Notes under the pieces: model-generated
The model's database searches: none
What the model was told of the DNA's origin: nothing
Seen by the model: the letters and a program-made list of their open reading frames with translations, nothing else
Shown: piece after piece, positions 50,428-62,315 of the stretch
Layout of the letters: every line of letters starts with the position of its first letter
Numbering within the stretch: the stretch's first letter is position 1
DNA from: Hemiscyllium ocellatum
Taxonomy: Eukaryota
DNA: 64,000 nt
Direction: 5' to 3'
NCBI RefSeq assembly: GCF_020745735.1
Contig: NC_083422.1
Coordinates: 28,582,001 to 28,646,000, forward strand
Made by a program: the position numbers and the translations under genes

Positions 50428-52344
50428 TGTCTGCGTTACCTCGTTAGGCTGTAAGAAATGGTCAGTTAGGATTAATGCTTCTTTGCTTTCTAATCCGCTT
50501 TTCCTTTTCTTGTTCACCTTTTCACTTCCTCATTTTCTTGCTTTTCTCCTTTGCTTTTTCTTCCATTCCTTTCCCACAAATTATATATATAGCCGAGCTG
50601 AAACTTTGCAGTTGCTTTTGATAAAATTTTGCAATGACAGCATGATTTAAACTAAATGCTGTTAGAATTTTGTGTAAATCCTGGAATTATTAAAACACTG
50701 ACTGAAGGATATGAGATGGGAACTCCTGAACAGGGTACTGTTGGGCTCAGTACAGACACCACAACTCTACACTTCACATAAACTGATCAGATTCAGGCAT
50801 GCCATGCAAAATTTGCGACTGGCACCAAATCAAGAGGCTGGGTGGAATTAGAAAACCCAGCTTTAAAAAAATCAGATAAAAGTAGGATATGTTAGTAGGC
50901 AGAGCAATGGCAAAGCACATCATGTGTAAAAGGTTATGCACAAGATGGATAAATCGATGTATGTGTTTGCCCCAGTACCCCAAAACACCTCAAAAGTCAG
51001 ATGTCTTGTTCAAATCAAGTGAACCTTATGACACAAGAGCATGGGAGGAGAAGTCCTACTCTCACATATGAATGTAAGGGTTCCACCAGTCCAACAATTG
51101 AGCTGTCAATTTTTCATCAACTTGATCAGACATATTATGACACACTGCTGGAATAGGATTGGAATCCTAAATCTTCTAGCCAGAGCCAGGGAAAGTGCAA
51201 CACGACCTTAAGCAGTCAATTTATACATTAACAAAATGCTCATTTAACCTCTGCTCATCGGTAATTAGATCTTTACATCTAATTCCCTGGATCTCAACTT
51301 TCCTTTCTGACATTGCTATATTACTCTCCAGTTAGATCTTTCATATAACTCTGTTTCACAGTCAAGGTTCTCTCTGGTTTTACCAGCTGGGTGTTATGCC
51401 AAGTAACTCACAATCGCCATACATTATAAAATATGAATAAATCATGATGGAACTGAATGGAATGTAGGCTCTACATTAGCAATGTTAACTCAATCATACT
51501 TGCCCTAACTGCTTTTTTAAGTGATTGTGGAAGAAGTGACGAAGGAAGCTGCTCCAAACAACAAAAAAAAATCACATTTTCTATGCAATATTAGCTTGAA
51601 CATAGCCAATGGCATTGGTAGCTGTTCTCTTTACTGCAGCACAACAAGCAACGTAGAAATGAAAACTCTGGAATAATAAAAACCAAGTGGTAGAAACCCA
51701 TAAGGTCAGGCAATGTGCATCAAGAGAGAAATAATGAAAGGTGAATGATGAATGATAGTTCATCAGAATTTTAAAAAGTTAGATATAAAACATATATTAA
51801 AACAGTAGAAAGGCAGGAGAGTGGGGAAAAGAAAGGGAAAAAAAGCATGTTTATGACAGGGTGTAAGGGCAAGAGCAATTAAATGACTAAACAATAATGG
51901 GACAAGGTAAAAATGATAGCAATTGGAAAATAAAAGTAACAAAAACATGTATCTAGAGAAGATGAAAATGACCAGAGCAGAATCTTCATCAGTAACTGAT
52001 GTCTTGAGAAGCTGTGAGCAATGGCTATGATCCTGTATTGTTGAATTTCATGTCATTTCGTCTGGACCACATTATGAGTCCCAAATACAGTCTGCTGAAT
52101 AGAAAGTAGTACAAGTGAATCTTTATTTCATCTGGAGTCTTTGGGCCTCTGGATGGAGGCAAACGAGTGGCACATTGATTATATTGTGCTGTCAAAAACA
52201 TTAAGATGTTTCTTTAAAAAAAAAGTTAAGGTAGCTTTGGAGTACCATGAGGCTGCAAATGAGCAAGATCATATGACATCATCTCACTTTCTGTGAATTA
52301 TTTATATGGTGTCTCATTAAGTTATTGCAGTCAGTCAGACTTGT

Positions 52345-52647
52345 GGGCGGCACAGTGGCTAGCACTGCTGCCTCACAGCGCCAGAGACCTGGGTTCAATT
52401 CCCACCTCAGCCGACTCTCTGTGTGGAGTTTGCACATTCTCCCCGTGTCTGCGTGGGTTTCCTCCAGGTGCTCCGGTTTCCTCCCACAATCCAAAAATGT
52501 GCAGGTCAGGTGAATTGGCCATGCTAAATTGTTGGTAGTGTTAGGTGAAGAGGTAAATGTAGGAGAATGGGTTACGCTTTGGCGGGTCGGTGTGAACTTG
52601 TTGGGCCGAAGGGCCTGTTTCCACACTGTAGGGAATCTAATCTAATC
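52345..52647 (+). mobile_element. HE1-type V-SINE
   Basis: GGGCGGCACAGTGGCTAGCACTGCTGCCTCACAG..GGTTCAATTCCC, V-domain and (TCTAA)n tail. Confidence 0.95.
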
Positions 52648-52679
52648 TTAACCCCTTATACAGACAGACAGGAAGTAAA

Positions 52680-53500
52680 AGGGCAGATGTCTCATCTCTG
52701 TGCTTCGGGATGGAGGAGAGGTGTTGAAGATGAATGAATGAATGAACCGGGTGTTATGGAGAGGAAGGCTCTTTCAGAAGTGGAGTCTAAAACGTTGTAT
52801 TTGCTGGTGGAGGTGATGAAAATGGCACAGGTTGAATTATTTCACATGGAGTTTGATGAAGTCAAGTTGAGAAAAAGGGAGATCACTCATTTTTTCAGAT
52901 ACTGGGAACAGCTGAGAGCAGAAATGCAGTCAAGAACTTTTAGAATCAAGTAGTGGAGAACTGTCAGTTGAGGATAAAACAGAACACGTTGGAAGCATTT
53001 CTATGGAAGGTGGCATCATCATAACTGATGCAATGGGATGGAGAAGCTGAGAAAACAGAACAGGGTCCTTTGAAGAAGTAAATCTGTAAGGATGAGTAGT
53101 TAGGATAGCTGTGGGAATTAGTAAACCTATTGCAGCTACTGGTTACCAGCCTAACCATAAAAGTAAAGATATAGAAGTCAAGAGAGGGAAGAGTTAGAGA
53201 TGGACTCTGGAAATTAGAAACAAACTGACAAAATTATCTAGTTGGAATTGAGTAGAAAGTGGCATGGATAATATTCTCAGTATACCCAAGAACAAAGTGA
53301 GAGGACAACCAAATGTTAACATATCCCAAGAAAAGACAAACATAGCCAGGACACAGATGACAGGAGGAGGGCGGGACTAGTGAATGGGGAGTGGTCAGTC
53401 CTCTGAGGAAAGAAGCCTGTCTTGTGGGAAATAGGAGATGCAGAGGGATTGGACGTCCACAATGAAAGAGACGCAGTTAATACCTGCTTTGTTGAAGTTG
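52680..53500 (-). mobile_element. Highly decayed Penelope-like RT region
   Basis: Purine-rich plus strand with GGATAGCTGTGGGA..TACTGG and GGGAGTGGTCAGT..CTGAGGAAAGAAG remnants typical of the PLE RT antisense strand. Confidence 0.45.
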
Positions 53501-53682
53501 TGGAAGATATTGGAGGAATCGCTCGGTCAAAATCTGGAACTTCCTTCCTAATGGTACTGTGGGTGTCCCTGGATTGCAGTACTTCAAGGCAGCAGTTCAC
53601 CACTATCTGCTCAAGGGTAGCTAGGGACGGGCAATAAATGATAATCCAGCTATTGCTGCCCACGAATAGGAATAAAATGAAG

Positions 53683-53752
53683 AGTGTGTGCGTGTGCATG
53701 CGTGCGCGAGAGAGAGAGAGCGAGCGAGCAAGAGCGAAAGCGAGAGCACGAG
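53683..53752. repeat. Compound (GT/GC)n-(GA)n microsatellite
   Basis: Seen directly. Confidence 0.9.
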
Positions 53753-54573
53753 AGTGCCAAGGTGGGAGGAAATAAATTCATTGGGCAAGAACAGGCTAAA
53801 ACAATGGATCAACTAGGGATGGCCAGACCTTATTATATTATGCACCACTTTCTATCTGAAAGAAAGGGAAAAGATCGAGGGAGAAGAGTGTCAATGGCAA
53901 TAAACCAACTTCTCAGTTTTAAAATCATTGCCCACTAATTCCCTCCATGCTTAAAAATACAAAGGAAAATGCAGTTAACAAATGTTGAAATGTGCCTTAT
54001 TGGAATTCTTCTGTTTGAAGCAGAGGAAATACAGCCCATTTACTCACTTCACATAAAAGAACGTAGGAGACTCAGGGACAATAATGTGGTGCCTTCCTTA
54101 TATATATATATATAAAAAATGAACCTCTCCTCTTATTTGTATAAATAGCCTGTTTCTGAGAGTTATTTTGTGATTTCTGCAGTCAAAGATAAAGCACCAA
54201 ATAGAGAAGTCATAGTGTGTGTGGATTCTGTTATTGGAGTAGCTTTTATAATCCAGGGTAGTTTCCACAACAGCATTAGCAGTAGGCCTTTTTATCCTTC
54301 AGGGATTAAACCAGTATTTGTGTTCATGCAGGCTGATGTTTGTCTCATTATATATCAACTCTTTGACAGATAGCAAGACCTAAAACTGTCAAGTTTCATG
54401 TTTCAAAGTGAGAATCACTCATTACAGCCTTACTCAAACTATACTATATGAATGTTCAAATCGGATGCCTAAGAGCTAATTCTACCAAGAACAGCTGTTT
54501 TAAAAAAAGAGCGACAATATAATAGTGCCAATTGCAAGCGCTTTAAGGAAGCGGATACTATTAGTATGGCACT

Positions 54574-54810
54574 TGATGTATGCAGCGATTGAATAAGGTC
54601 AACCAGGTGAACCGTATAGAATGAGTTCCCTGATTGGGCTTGTTACCTGACACAAACAGAGAGCCCTGGCTGACAGATACAAACAAGGGTTTCAGGGGTT
54701 CTGCTCACTCTAGCATCCGGCTCTGAGCTAGTTGGCTCAGTGTCATATATGAACATGTATAAAAAAGGGCGACTTGGTGATGGGATACTGACCTTTGTGG
54801 AGTTATTTCA
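54574..54810 (+). mobile_element. Possible short solo LTR
   Basis: TGA...TCA termini (TGATGTATG / GAGTTATTTCA) with CCAAT-like (GATTGG) and ATAAAA motifs. No clean TSD. Confidence 0.45.
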
Positions 54811-54859
54811 GTCTTCAAGGGTGGCCTCAAAAACTGACCATGCTGTTACAATTCTATTG

Positions 54860-55400
54860 GATGAGGCCTCATGAGCAGTACTGCGTATAGATTTGGTCTG
54901 CCTGTTTAAGAAAGGCTCTTCATGCATTGGAGAGACTGTTCAAAAGCGATTCATTAGGTTGAGCCCTGCAATAAAGGGGCTGACTTATGACTAAACAGGT
55001 TAGATCTTTATTTTTTTACAGCTTAAAAGAATGAGGTGGCAATTTTATTTTGACAAACAAGATTCTGAGCGGTGGATGTTTCCACTTGTGAGGAAATCTT
55101 GAGCAAGGGGACATGTTTCGAGGATAAGGGGACACTTATTTAAAACTGAGGTGTGAAAAAAAGTTTTCTTCAAGAGGGTAGTAAATTGTCTCCTGCAAAG
55201 AGCTGTGGAGGTTAAATCATTACAAGTATTTAAAGAGGAAGCAGACAGATTGTTGAAATATCAGGGAGATGACAGTTACAAGGGCATTGCACAAAACAGG
55301 AGTTGAAGCCCGGGGCAGGTCAACCATGTTCTTGTTGGATGGCAGAACAGACCTGAAGGGCCAAGTGGCCTAGTCTAATCTTAGCTTTTTTTTGTTATGT
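54860..55400 (+). mobile_element. Decayed CR1 LINE 3' fragment
   Basis: AGTACTGCGTATAGATTTGGTC (EYCV.FW), TTTCTTCAAGAGGGTAGT and tail GAAGGGCCAAGTGGCCTA. Confidence 0.7.
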
Positions 55401-56164
55401 CCTGATCGTGAACCCCTGCCCTGCCTGCTCCTTCCCTTGTACATGGCACCAATGATTTATTTTAAGATCTGAAAATGAAATTTGGAATGGAAGAACAAAG
55501 ACTGTTCAGACAGTATGGAGACACTTATTTACCTTTTGGATTTTTTTGAACAGTCAAGTCAGTCATCCAGGCTGGCACTCTTCCCTGTATACCAAAAATT
55601 AGCACAGATGCCAGACCCCAATTCTTAAGCTAGCAGGATAAGGTGGGGGGTGGGGGGAATAAAACCAGATGATGAGTTACTCACATGACTGTGGTGAGTC
55701 GATGTGTGGCAGTGGTTAAGAACAGGAACCGGATGTTGTGGTGACATCTGTAAATACAGAAAGTAGGGAGTATTATCCTACTCACAAAGATCACTGCCTA
55801 CCAACACGTCAACTGGAAGGATGAAAACATTTTGATTCTGAAGTAGCAGCAGCCTTTCTGATTCCCATAAAGCAGATTTGGGAACTTGAAATGTTCAATT
55901 TTTAAAAAAAAATAGTTGTAATTATTCAATATATAATGTAGTAGGAACAGCCTTTAATATCCTTGAGATTAAAAAAATCTAAAATATGACATTAAATGCT
56001 GGAAAAGAGGAAGTTAATATTTTTAGAGGCACTCTGCTTGGATACCGAAGGTGGCACGAGTCACATTGTAGATCGAGTCCAAATATAGGAACTGAGCTGT
56101 GTAAGATAGGTTTAAAAAAAATCTAGCTAGCAGAAAATTAAAAGTCAGAAAGAAAATGAAGGAG

Positions 56165-56262
56165 CAAGAAGAAAAATTGCTGGAAAAGCTCAGCAGATCT
56201 GGTAGCATTTGTAGAGAGAAAGAAGAGTTAATGATTCAGGTCCAGTGACCCTTCTTTAGAAA
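56165..56262 (-). mobile_element. Penelope-derived pLTR fragment (second subfamily)
   Basis: AAATTGCTGGAAAAGCTCAGCAGATCTGGTAGCAT..GTTAATGATTCAGGTCCAGTGACCCTTCTTTAG is the reverse of the 35500-35590 pLTR. Confidence 0.75.
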
Positions 56263-57239
56263 ACGAAGGAGATGTGAATTGGATGTGTTGAAATGAATGC
56301 AGCAAACCACCAAGAGAGTAATAATTACACTAGCATTAGGAACAAAGGCCGCCAGATAAGCAATTACACAACCTTTACTTGTTTTCCAATCATACAGGAG
56401 ATAGACCCATATGGACAATAGACTGGATTGGAAACGGCAGATATAAATAATCATTTCAGAAGAAATGAGTGTTTGATGTTCTAACCTTCTTTTCTAATTC
56501 TGGTAGATAATGGATCTACTGTGCATTTCCAAAATTTGAGCTTGATTTAAAACTCATTATGCGGTTATTGTGTCAGAAAAATGAAAAGTTTATCATAATT
56601 TATGTCAACTAATTCGATTAAGTGACAGTTCTACTTCATACATTACTTCACCGTTAGTATCATTTGGTGACACATTTCCTTAGCACCACTGCCCTTCAGA
56701 GGCTCAGTAATTCTTTCCACAACTGATGGCTCCCACTGAAATTTACTGTCCACGTCCAGATGCGAATGAATAATCTTTCCTGACATTATCTTACATACCA
56801 ATGCCTGCAGCTTTCGTGCTGGTCATTTTTAAATACGTTGTTTCACATGCAGAAAGAAAGAAGAACTGCACAATGGTCCATTATATTCTATAAAAAAGAG
56901 TAATGTACAGAATTCACCAGTAGCACTTCCTTGTTGGTTTAATTTGGAAGATATTTTCTGTAACATGTCAATGAAACGGAGTTGATAATGGTGCAGCGAG
57001 AGAAATCAGACTCCTGGGATTTGAGTGAATGGTGAAAATAACGATGTATCTTTGAAAAAAATGCAAGAACTGAGAAAGAAGTGAAAATTAAAGAAAATTC
57101 AATATCAAATAAGATGCAAAAAGAAAAACACAAAGGGAAGACAAGACTGGTTTGAGAGTGAGACTAAAACATTGACAAAATATTAATGTTAAAAATTTTA
57201 TTTTCAAAATAACTGACTATTAAACATGAAGGAATGTAA

Positions 57240-57344
57240 ATGTCAAAAAGCGTGGCGCTGGAAAAGCACAGCATGTCAGGCAGCATCTGGGGAGCAAGAC
57301 AGTCGAAGTTTCAGACTTAAGCCCTTCATCAGGAGTGTCAAGGG
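57240..57344 (-). mobile_element. Penelope-derived pLTR mini-element with hammerhead motif
   Basis: GCTGGAAAAGCACAGC..TCGAAGTTTCAGACTTAAGCCCTTCATCAGG; GGAATGTAA repeated at 57231-57239 and 57345-57353. Confidence 0.87.
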
Positions 57345-58645
57345 GGAATGTAACTACTCTTGTAATAATGAACTTCCAGCACCAGAGAAGTGTACTGACA
57401 ATAATTAACACTTCATTTGTTGTTTAAAGAGAGAAAAAAACAGCTGCTCCTGGTTTACTTAAATATGTACTGGCCTGAATAGGCTTCAAGACAGACTCCT
57501 TGCATCACTTCAGCTCAGTTTTAACATTTTAATGAGTCTGGGTGATATTTACTTTGCAAATGCGGCAATGACATATTCTGTAGTGCATTTCAATGGTCAG
57601 CAAAATGCCACTGTTGTGAAGCTAATGTCCATATCAGATATTAGACAGTTGCTTTTGGGTTTCTTTGTTTAACAGCACATTTAATCTTGCATGAATTAAA
57701 TGAAGCATTTGGATATACCATTATTTTGGTAATAAACCATAGGCCAATACTACTGTAATAAAGCTAGGATAATGGCATTTTGTAAAGAATCCTAAACATA
57801 AGTGACTGTTTCAAAAATGATTCCTTCTGTCATTTTTGGTCTTCCTTCCCTTTTCTTTCTTCAACATTGACTATGCTTTTGTTATTTGTTCATTTTGTGT
57901 TGCACATTAAACTTTTTTTATGGTCTATATGTAGTATTGCAAACAAATTTTTAATAGCCTCAACATTAGTCTAAAAGTCTTTTCAACCAGGAGATGAAAC
58001 AGTTCAATCCAATCATATTATCTGAGAGAAAATCAAAGATCATTTTGACTTTGGCTGATTAGAGACAGTGACATAAGATCTACCGCCCACTCTACATCTC
58101 TCCCAACTTTCACTTCCACAGACTTCAGTAAAATTGGAAGTCATGAGAAATGTATAACAGGTGGATAATCCACAATGACACATTTTAAACTATCTCATAA
58201 AAGTCAAATGAAATTGTACATCTTTGACAATAATACATCCTCCCTCCAACTATACAGTTAGAAGGATGGATAACTTGGTAGTACCCGAAACAAGTTAATT
58301 TAAATAGCATGAAGGAGGTGAGTGAGGAATGGACATTGAAGTATCAACTAATTTCTTGTCATTTTCATTAGATTCTGCTTGTAGTAGCTGAATATTATCT
58401 AGCAATTAGTGCCATCTTTCTTTCGACTTCAAACAGACTAGAAGCAGTGAACTAAAACAGTGGAGTTTGCCCAGAATTTGAAGAACTACATTCCAGCAGC
58501 AGAGAATGCTTCAGCAGCATCTTACCCTTTCCAAGCTAATGATAAGACCATAACTTCATCCAATCCACCATGTTAAAGCACATTGCTCAGGCAACATCAA
58601 CTTAGACATTATAAATCAAGTTAATTTTACAAATATATGATATGG

Positions 58646-58783
58646 AAAATAAAAACTTTAAAAAACTGCAGATGCTCGAAATCAGAACTAAAAACAGAAA
58701 TTGCTGGAAAGGCTCAGGTCTGGCAGCATCTGTGGAGAGAAATCAAAGTTGATGCTTTGGGTCACTTGACCTGAAATGTTAAC
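58646..58783 (-). mobile_element. Penelope-derived pLTR mini-element with short fold-back
   Basis: AACTGCAGATGCT..AAATTGCTGGAAA..AGTTGATGCTTTGGGTCA-CT-TGACCTGAAATGTTAACT; TATGATATGG repeated at 58636-58645 and 58784-58793. Confidence 0.8.
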
Positions 58784-58979
58784 TATGATATGGGAAAGAT
58801 GAGATTGACTACAGAGTCTCAGAAATTTACAGCACAGAAGGATGCCACATGACCTGTCATATCAATGCTGGCTGACAAAGATCTGACAGTGCAACTTCCA
58901 TTTTCTAACTCTTGACCCATACCCTCAGATGTTTGGGCAAAGCAAGTGAATGTTATAATACTACTTAAATGCTGAGTGT

Positions 58980-60350
58980 TTCTGACTCATTCCCCCTTTC
59001 AGGCAGCTAACATTCCCTCAGTCAGATCAAGAAATTATAGACCATCAGTCTCTCTCTTCCTCCCTCAGTATTATGTTAGATGTTCTCCAGTTCTCTGGCA
59101 CCTCATCCATGACCAAAAGAGGTTTGAAAATTACTGGGAGGTGCCCCTGATTTTTCCTCCCTTGCCTTTTTCAACAGCTTGGGTCACATCTCATCCAGGC
59201 CAGGAGATTCATCCACATTTAAGGCTGCTAAACCTGTTAGTATTTTTCTTTTTCTATGTTAATTTATTTTAGTATTTCTATTCTGATATCTACCTATGTC
59301 ATCCACTCTTGGTCCCACCTTTTGTCTTTAAAGAAAGATATTCATCCTGTACCCGAGTTATTTTCTCCATCAATGCCTCACACTGTTCTGACAGTTTTAC
59401 GTACAAGTCCATTTCCTATTCCATTTCAACCAAATCATACCTTATCTGAATGAAATTAGGCACACCCCAATTTAGAATATTTATTTCTAGCCCATCCTTA
59501 TCCTTTCTCATAGCTGAGTCATGGTCACCATCTCCAAAATGCTCCCCTCCTGATGTGCCTTCCACTTATCTAGGCTCATATCCAAATGTTAGGTCCAAAA
59601 ATGCCCCTTCCCTTGTTGGACTTTGTGTACTGGCTAAAAGTGTACTTCTAGCTGCAATTTAAGATTTTGCCCCCTCCCTACCTTGCACACATAGGAACTA
59701 TCTTAGTTAATACATGAGCAATTAAAATATCCTATTGTTACAGCTATTCCTGAAATCTGATTACATGTTTGATACTGTCTCGTTGTAATTGTTTGATGCG
59801 GTGGTACACACCCTATATCATGCTTGTCCTTGTGTTTTTTTTATTTCTACATATATGACCTCAATTGATGGTCCTTCCAACATATCTTCTTACCTCACTG
59901 CTATAATTGCATCCTTGACCAATATACCACATCCATCTTTTATCCTCTCTCTATGTTGTTTGAATACTCTATAACCTGCTACTAATCCTGACCTTTTTTT
60001 AAAGCCAAATTTAAGTTGGAGAAATGGTATGATGGTCCCACATGTCTGTCTGTGTCCTCAGCTCATCTGTCTTGTCCGTCAGGCTCTGTGCTTCAATATA
60101 TATTCCACTTAGCCTTGATAAACACTCTTCTTCATTCATATCTATCCTGTTTTCTTGGCCTTCCAGACTCATTAGCATTTTAACTTCGAGCTCATCAGCC
60201 TCTGTCCCCTCAGCACCACTCATCAGGATCCTGTCCTGATGTCAATTCTCTAAATCCTCCCCAACAGCATTAGCAAGCCTTCCCATAGGATGCTGGTTCC
60301 ACTCCTGTTCAAATGTAACCCATCTAACTATGTCCCACCTCCCCAGTAAT
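58980..60350 (-). mobile_element. Decayed CR1 LINE (ORF1 esterase end, endonuclease, RT start)
   Basis: The reverse of AGGATGCTGGTTCCACTCCTGTTCAAATGTAACCCATC reads DGLHLNRSGTSIL; IYIEAQSLTDKTDELR marks the EN start; ATGGTCACCATCTCC and GTTAGGTCCA are EN remnants. Confidence 0.8.
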
Positions 60351-62250
60351 TGTCCTCAGATTGTACATGCTTTTCATTTCACTGAGCCCTAATGCAAGGT
60401 CAGATCAGTCCAGACTATGTATTGCTATCAAAATATGCGACAAGCAACAATTCTCATGCAGTAACTTTAAGAATAAACTTTCATTTCTCTGAATATTGAA
60501 GCACTTTGTTCTTTCAACATACAATAAAGATTTCTTTTTACATCATGGAAACACTTAGTTATCAAATAACGCAGATCAAACCACACCATAAGCCTCTTAT
60601 TTCAAAAAGGCTCATCTTGGCTACTTTACAAGAATGATTACGGATTCATCCTGAATAAACCATGTCTTTTTATTAGTGAATTGCCTTCAGGTGACAGCAG
60701 TTATTGTTCGTAAACATGGTTAATGACATTAACCAGTGGACTCCAGGCAGAAAAATAAAATGAAGTGTATTAACTGGTGTGAAAGGCCTCAGCTGGGACT
60801 TTGACAAGCTGTGAATGTTAGGTTCCTGCAAAAATCTGAGGTGTTGCTTCAGTGCATTTCTAAAAATGTCTGCCACCTTTCTGTGGCCTGTCATGCACAA
60901 GATCTGACTTTCACAAGCCCTGGGTTAATGGTTTAAATAGAGATTGTACAGTTTCTTTTAACATAAGGACAATTCAAAGGAAAAGTTATGTCGGCTATTA
61001 CAGAAGGGCCAGGTTACACAATCAAAAACTCTTGCCATTTCTCATTAAAAGAATTTTAAAAGCTGAGTGTTTTATCTTCAGAATTGATTAAATATAATTA
61101 AATAAACTTAAACATTGGTGGAATGCAATGTTAATTTGCATGAGATCAATTAAGAGGTCCGTTTAGTATGTACATCGTGCTTTCCCAATTGTGATTCAGA
61201 TATGGCAATTGACTATCTTTTTACATTTCTAAGGCTAATTAATTATTTAATTAATAAACATTTTAGCATTCTTGTGACAAGATTTTCCTGAGTTGAAAAT
61301 CACCAAGATGCTCAAAATTTGTATGCACACTTTCAAAGCAAAAGTAATTACAGTCTGCAGCAATAGCGTACACGATATATCATTTCTATTTTCCATGTCT
61401 CTGCTCGATTTCCTGTGCTAAGCCCAGCTAGATTCGTGCATCCTCTGAGAATAATATCAAAGTAGGACAGGTAATATATAATCTGTGGTAAACAGATGGA
61501 TAAAAGGAGGTGCAAAAATTGTGATCTTCTAGAGAATCAGATTTCAGGCTGTCTCCCGAACATCTCAAGTTCTGACCTCCAACAGGAGCAGCACCAAACA
61601 GCAAAGAACACAATGTATTTGTGGCATGATATTGGAATCCTGAAGCCATGCTTAGTTCTTTTCATACCTACATGCAAATCAAGTGAATCATTAAAATAGC
61701 TATAAATAAGTGACAATCCAAAACAGCCTCACAAAGAAGAGGACTTCAACCAATGCAGACTTAGATTGACAGGACAGTGTAGCAAACATTGCTGAATGAA
61801 TTGTTAACTATATCTACCACCGAATTTGCACAAACATTCGGTTGTCCCCTTGGCCCCATTAGTCTGGTTGCTTGCAAATAACATTTTAAAAACAAATGGA
61901 CAGATTTCAGCAGAAAAAAAAGCAAATTATTACACAGCATAGGGCATAGCACAAGGAAAAACTAATTAGTTACTGGCAAAGCTACGGATCAGCATTCAGA
62001 TCCTGGATTTATTTTAAAAATCGATTCATACATTAACATTGAAGTGTTTGACAAATTAACTTTATCTTTGCAATGTCATTTTGGTTTTTGAATGTTTGCA
62101 GATTCTCTCTTCAACTGTGGAACTTTTTTTACAGCTGTCAAATTGAGAGTAGAATTTTCAGAGCAGATTGTTGGACATGGATTGGTCTGAAGCCTCCTCA
62201 GGTGAGATGGAAATTCTTAGTTAAAACATTTTGTTTTTCAGCTCTTCAGA

Positions 62251-62315
62251 GGGTTGTTGTGGGCTTGTTGGGCCGAAGGGCCTGTTTCCACACTGTAGGA
62301 AATCTAATCTAATCT
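62251..62315 (+). mobile_element. HE1-type SINE 3' fragment
   Basis: CTTGTTGGGCCGAAGGGCCTGTTTCCACACTGTAGGAAATCTAATCTAATCT. Confidence 0.88.

Noticed and set aside
56795-57070. Minus-strand exons with good splice signals
   Set aside because: All three frames contain stops for each acceptor I tried; at most non-coding.
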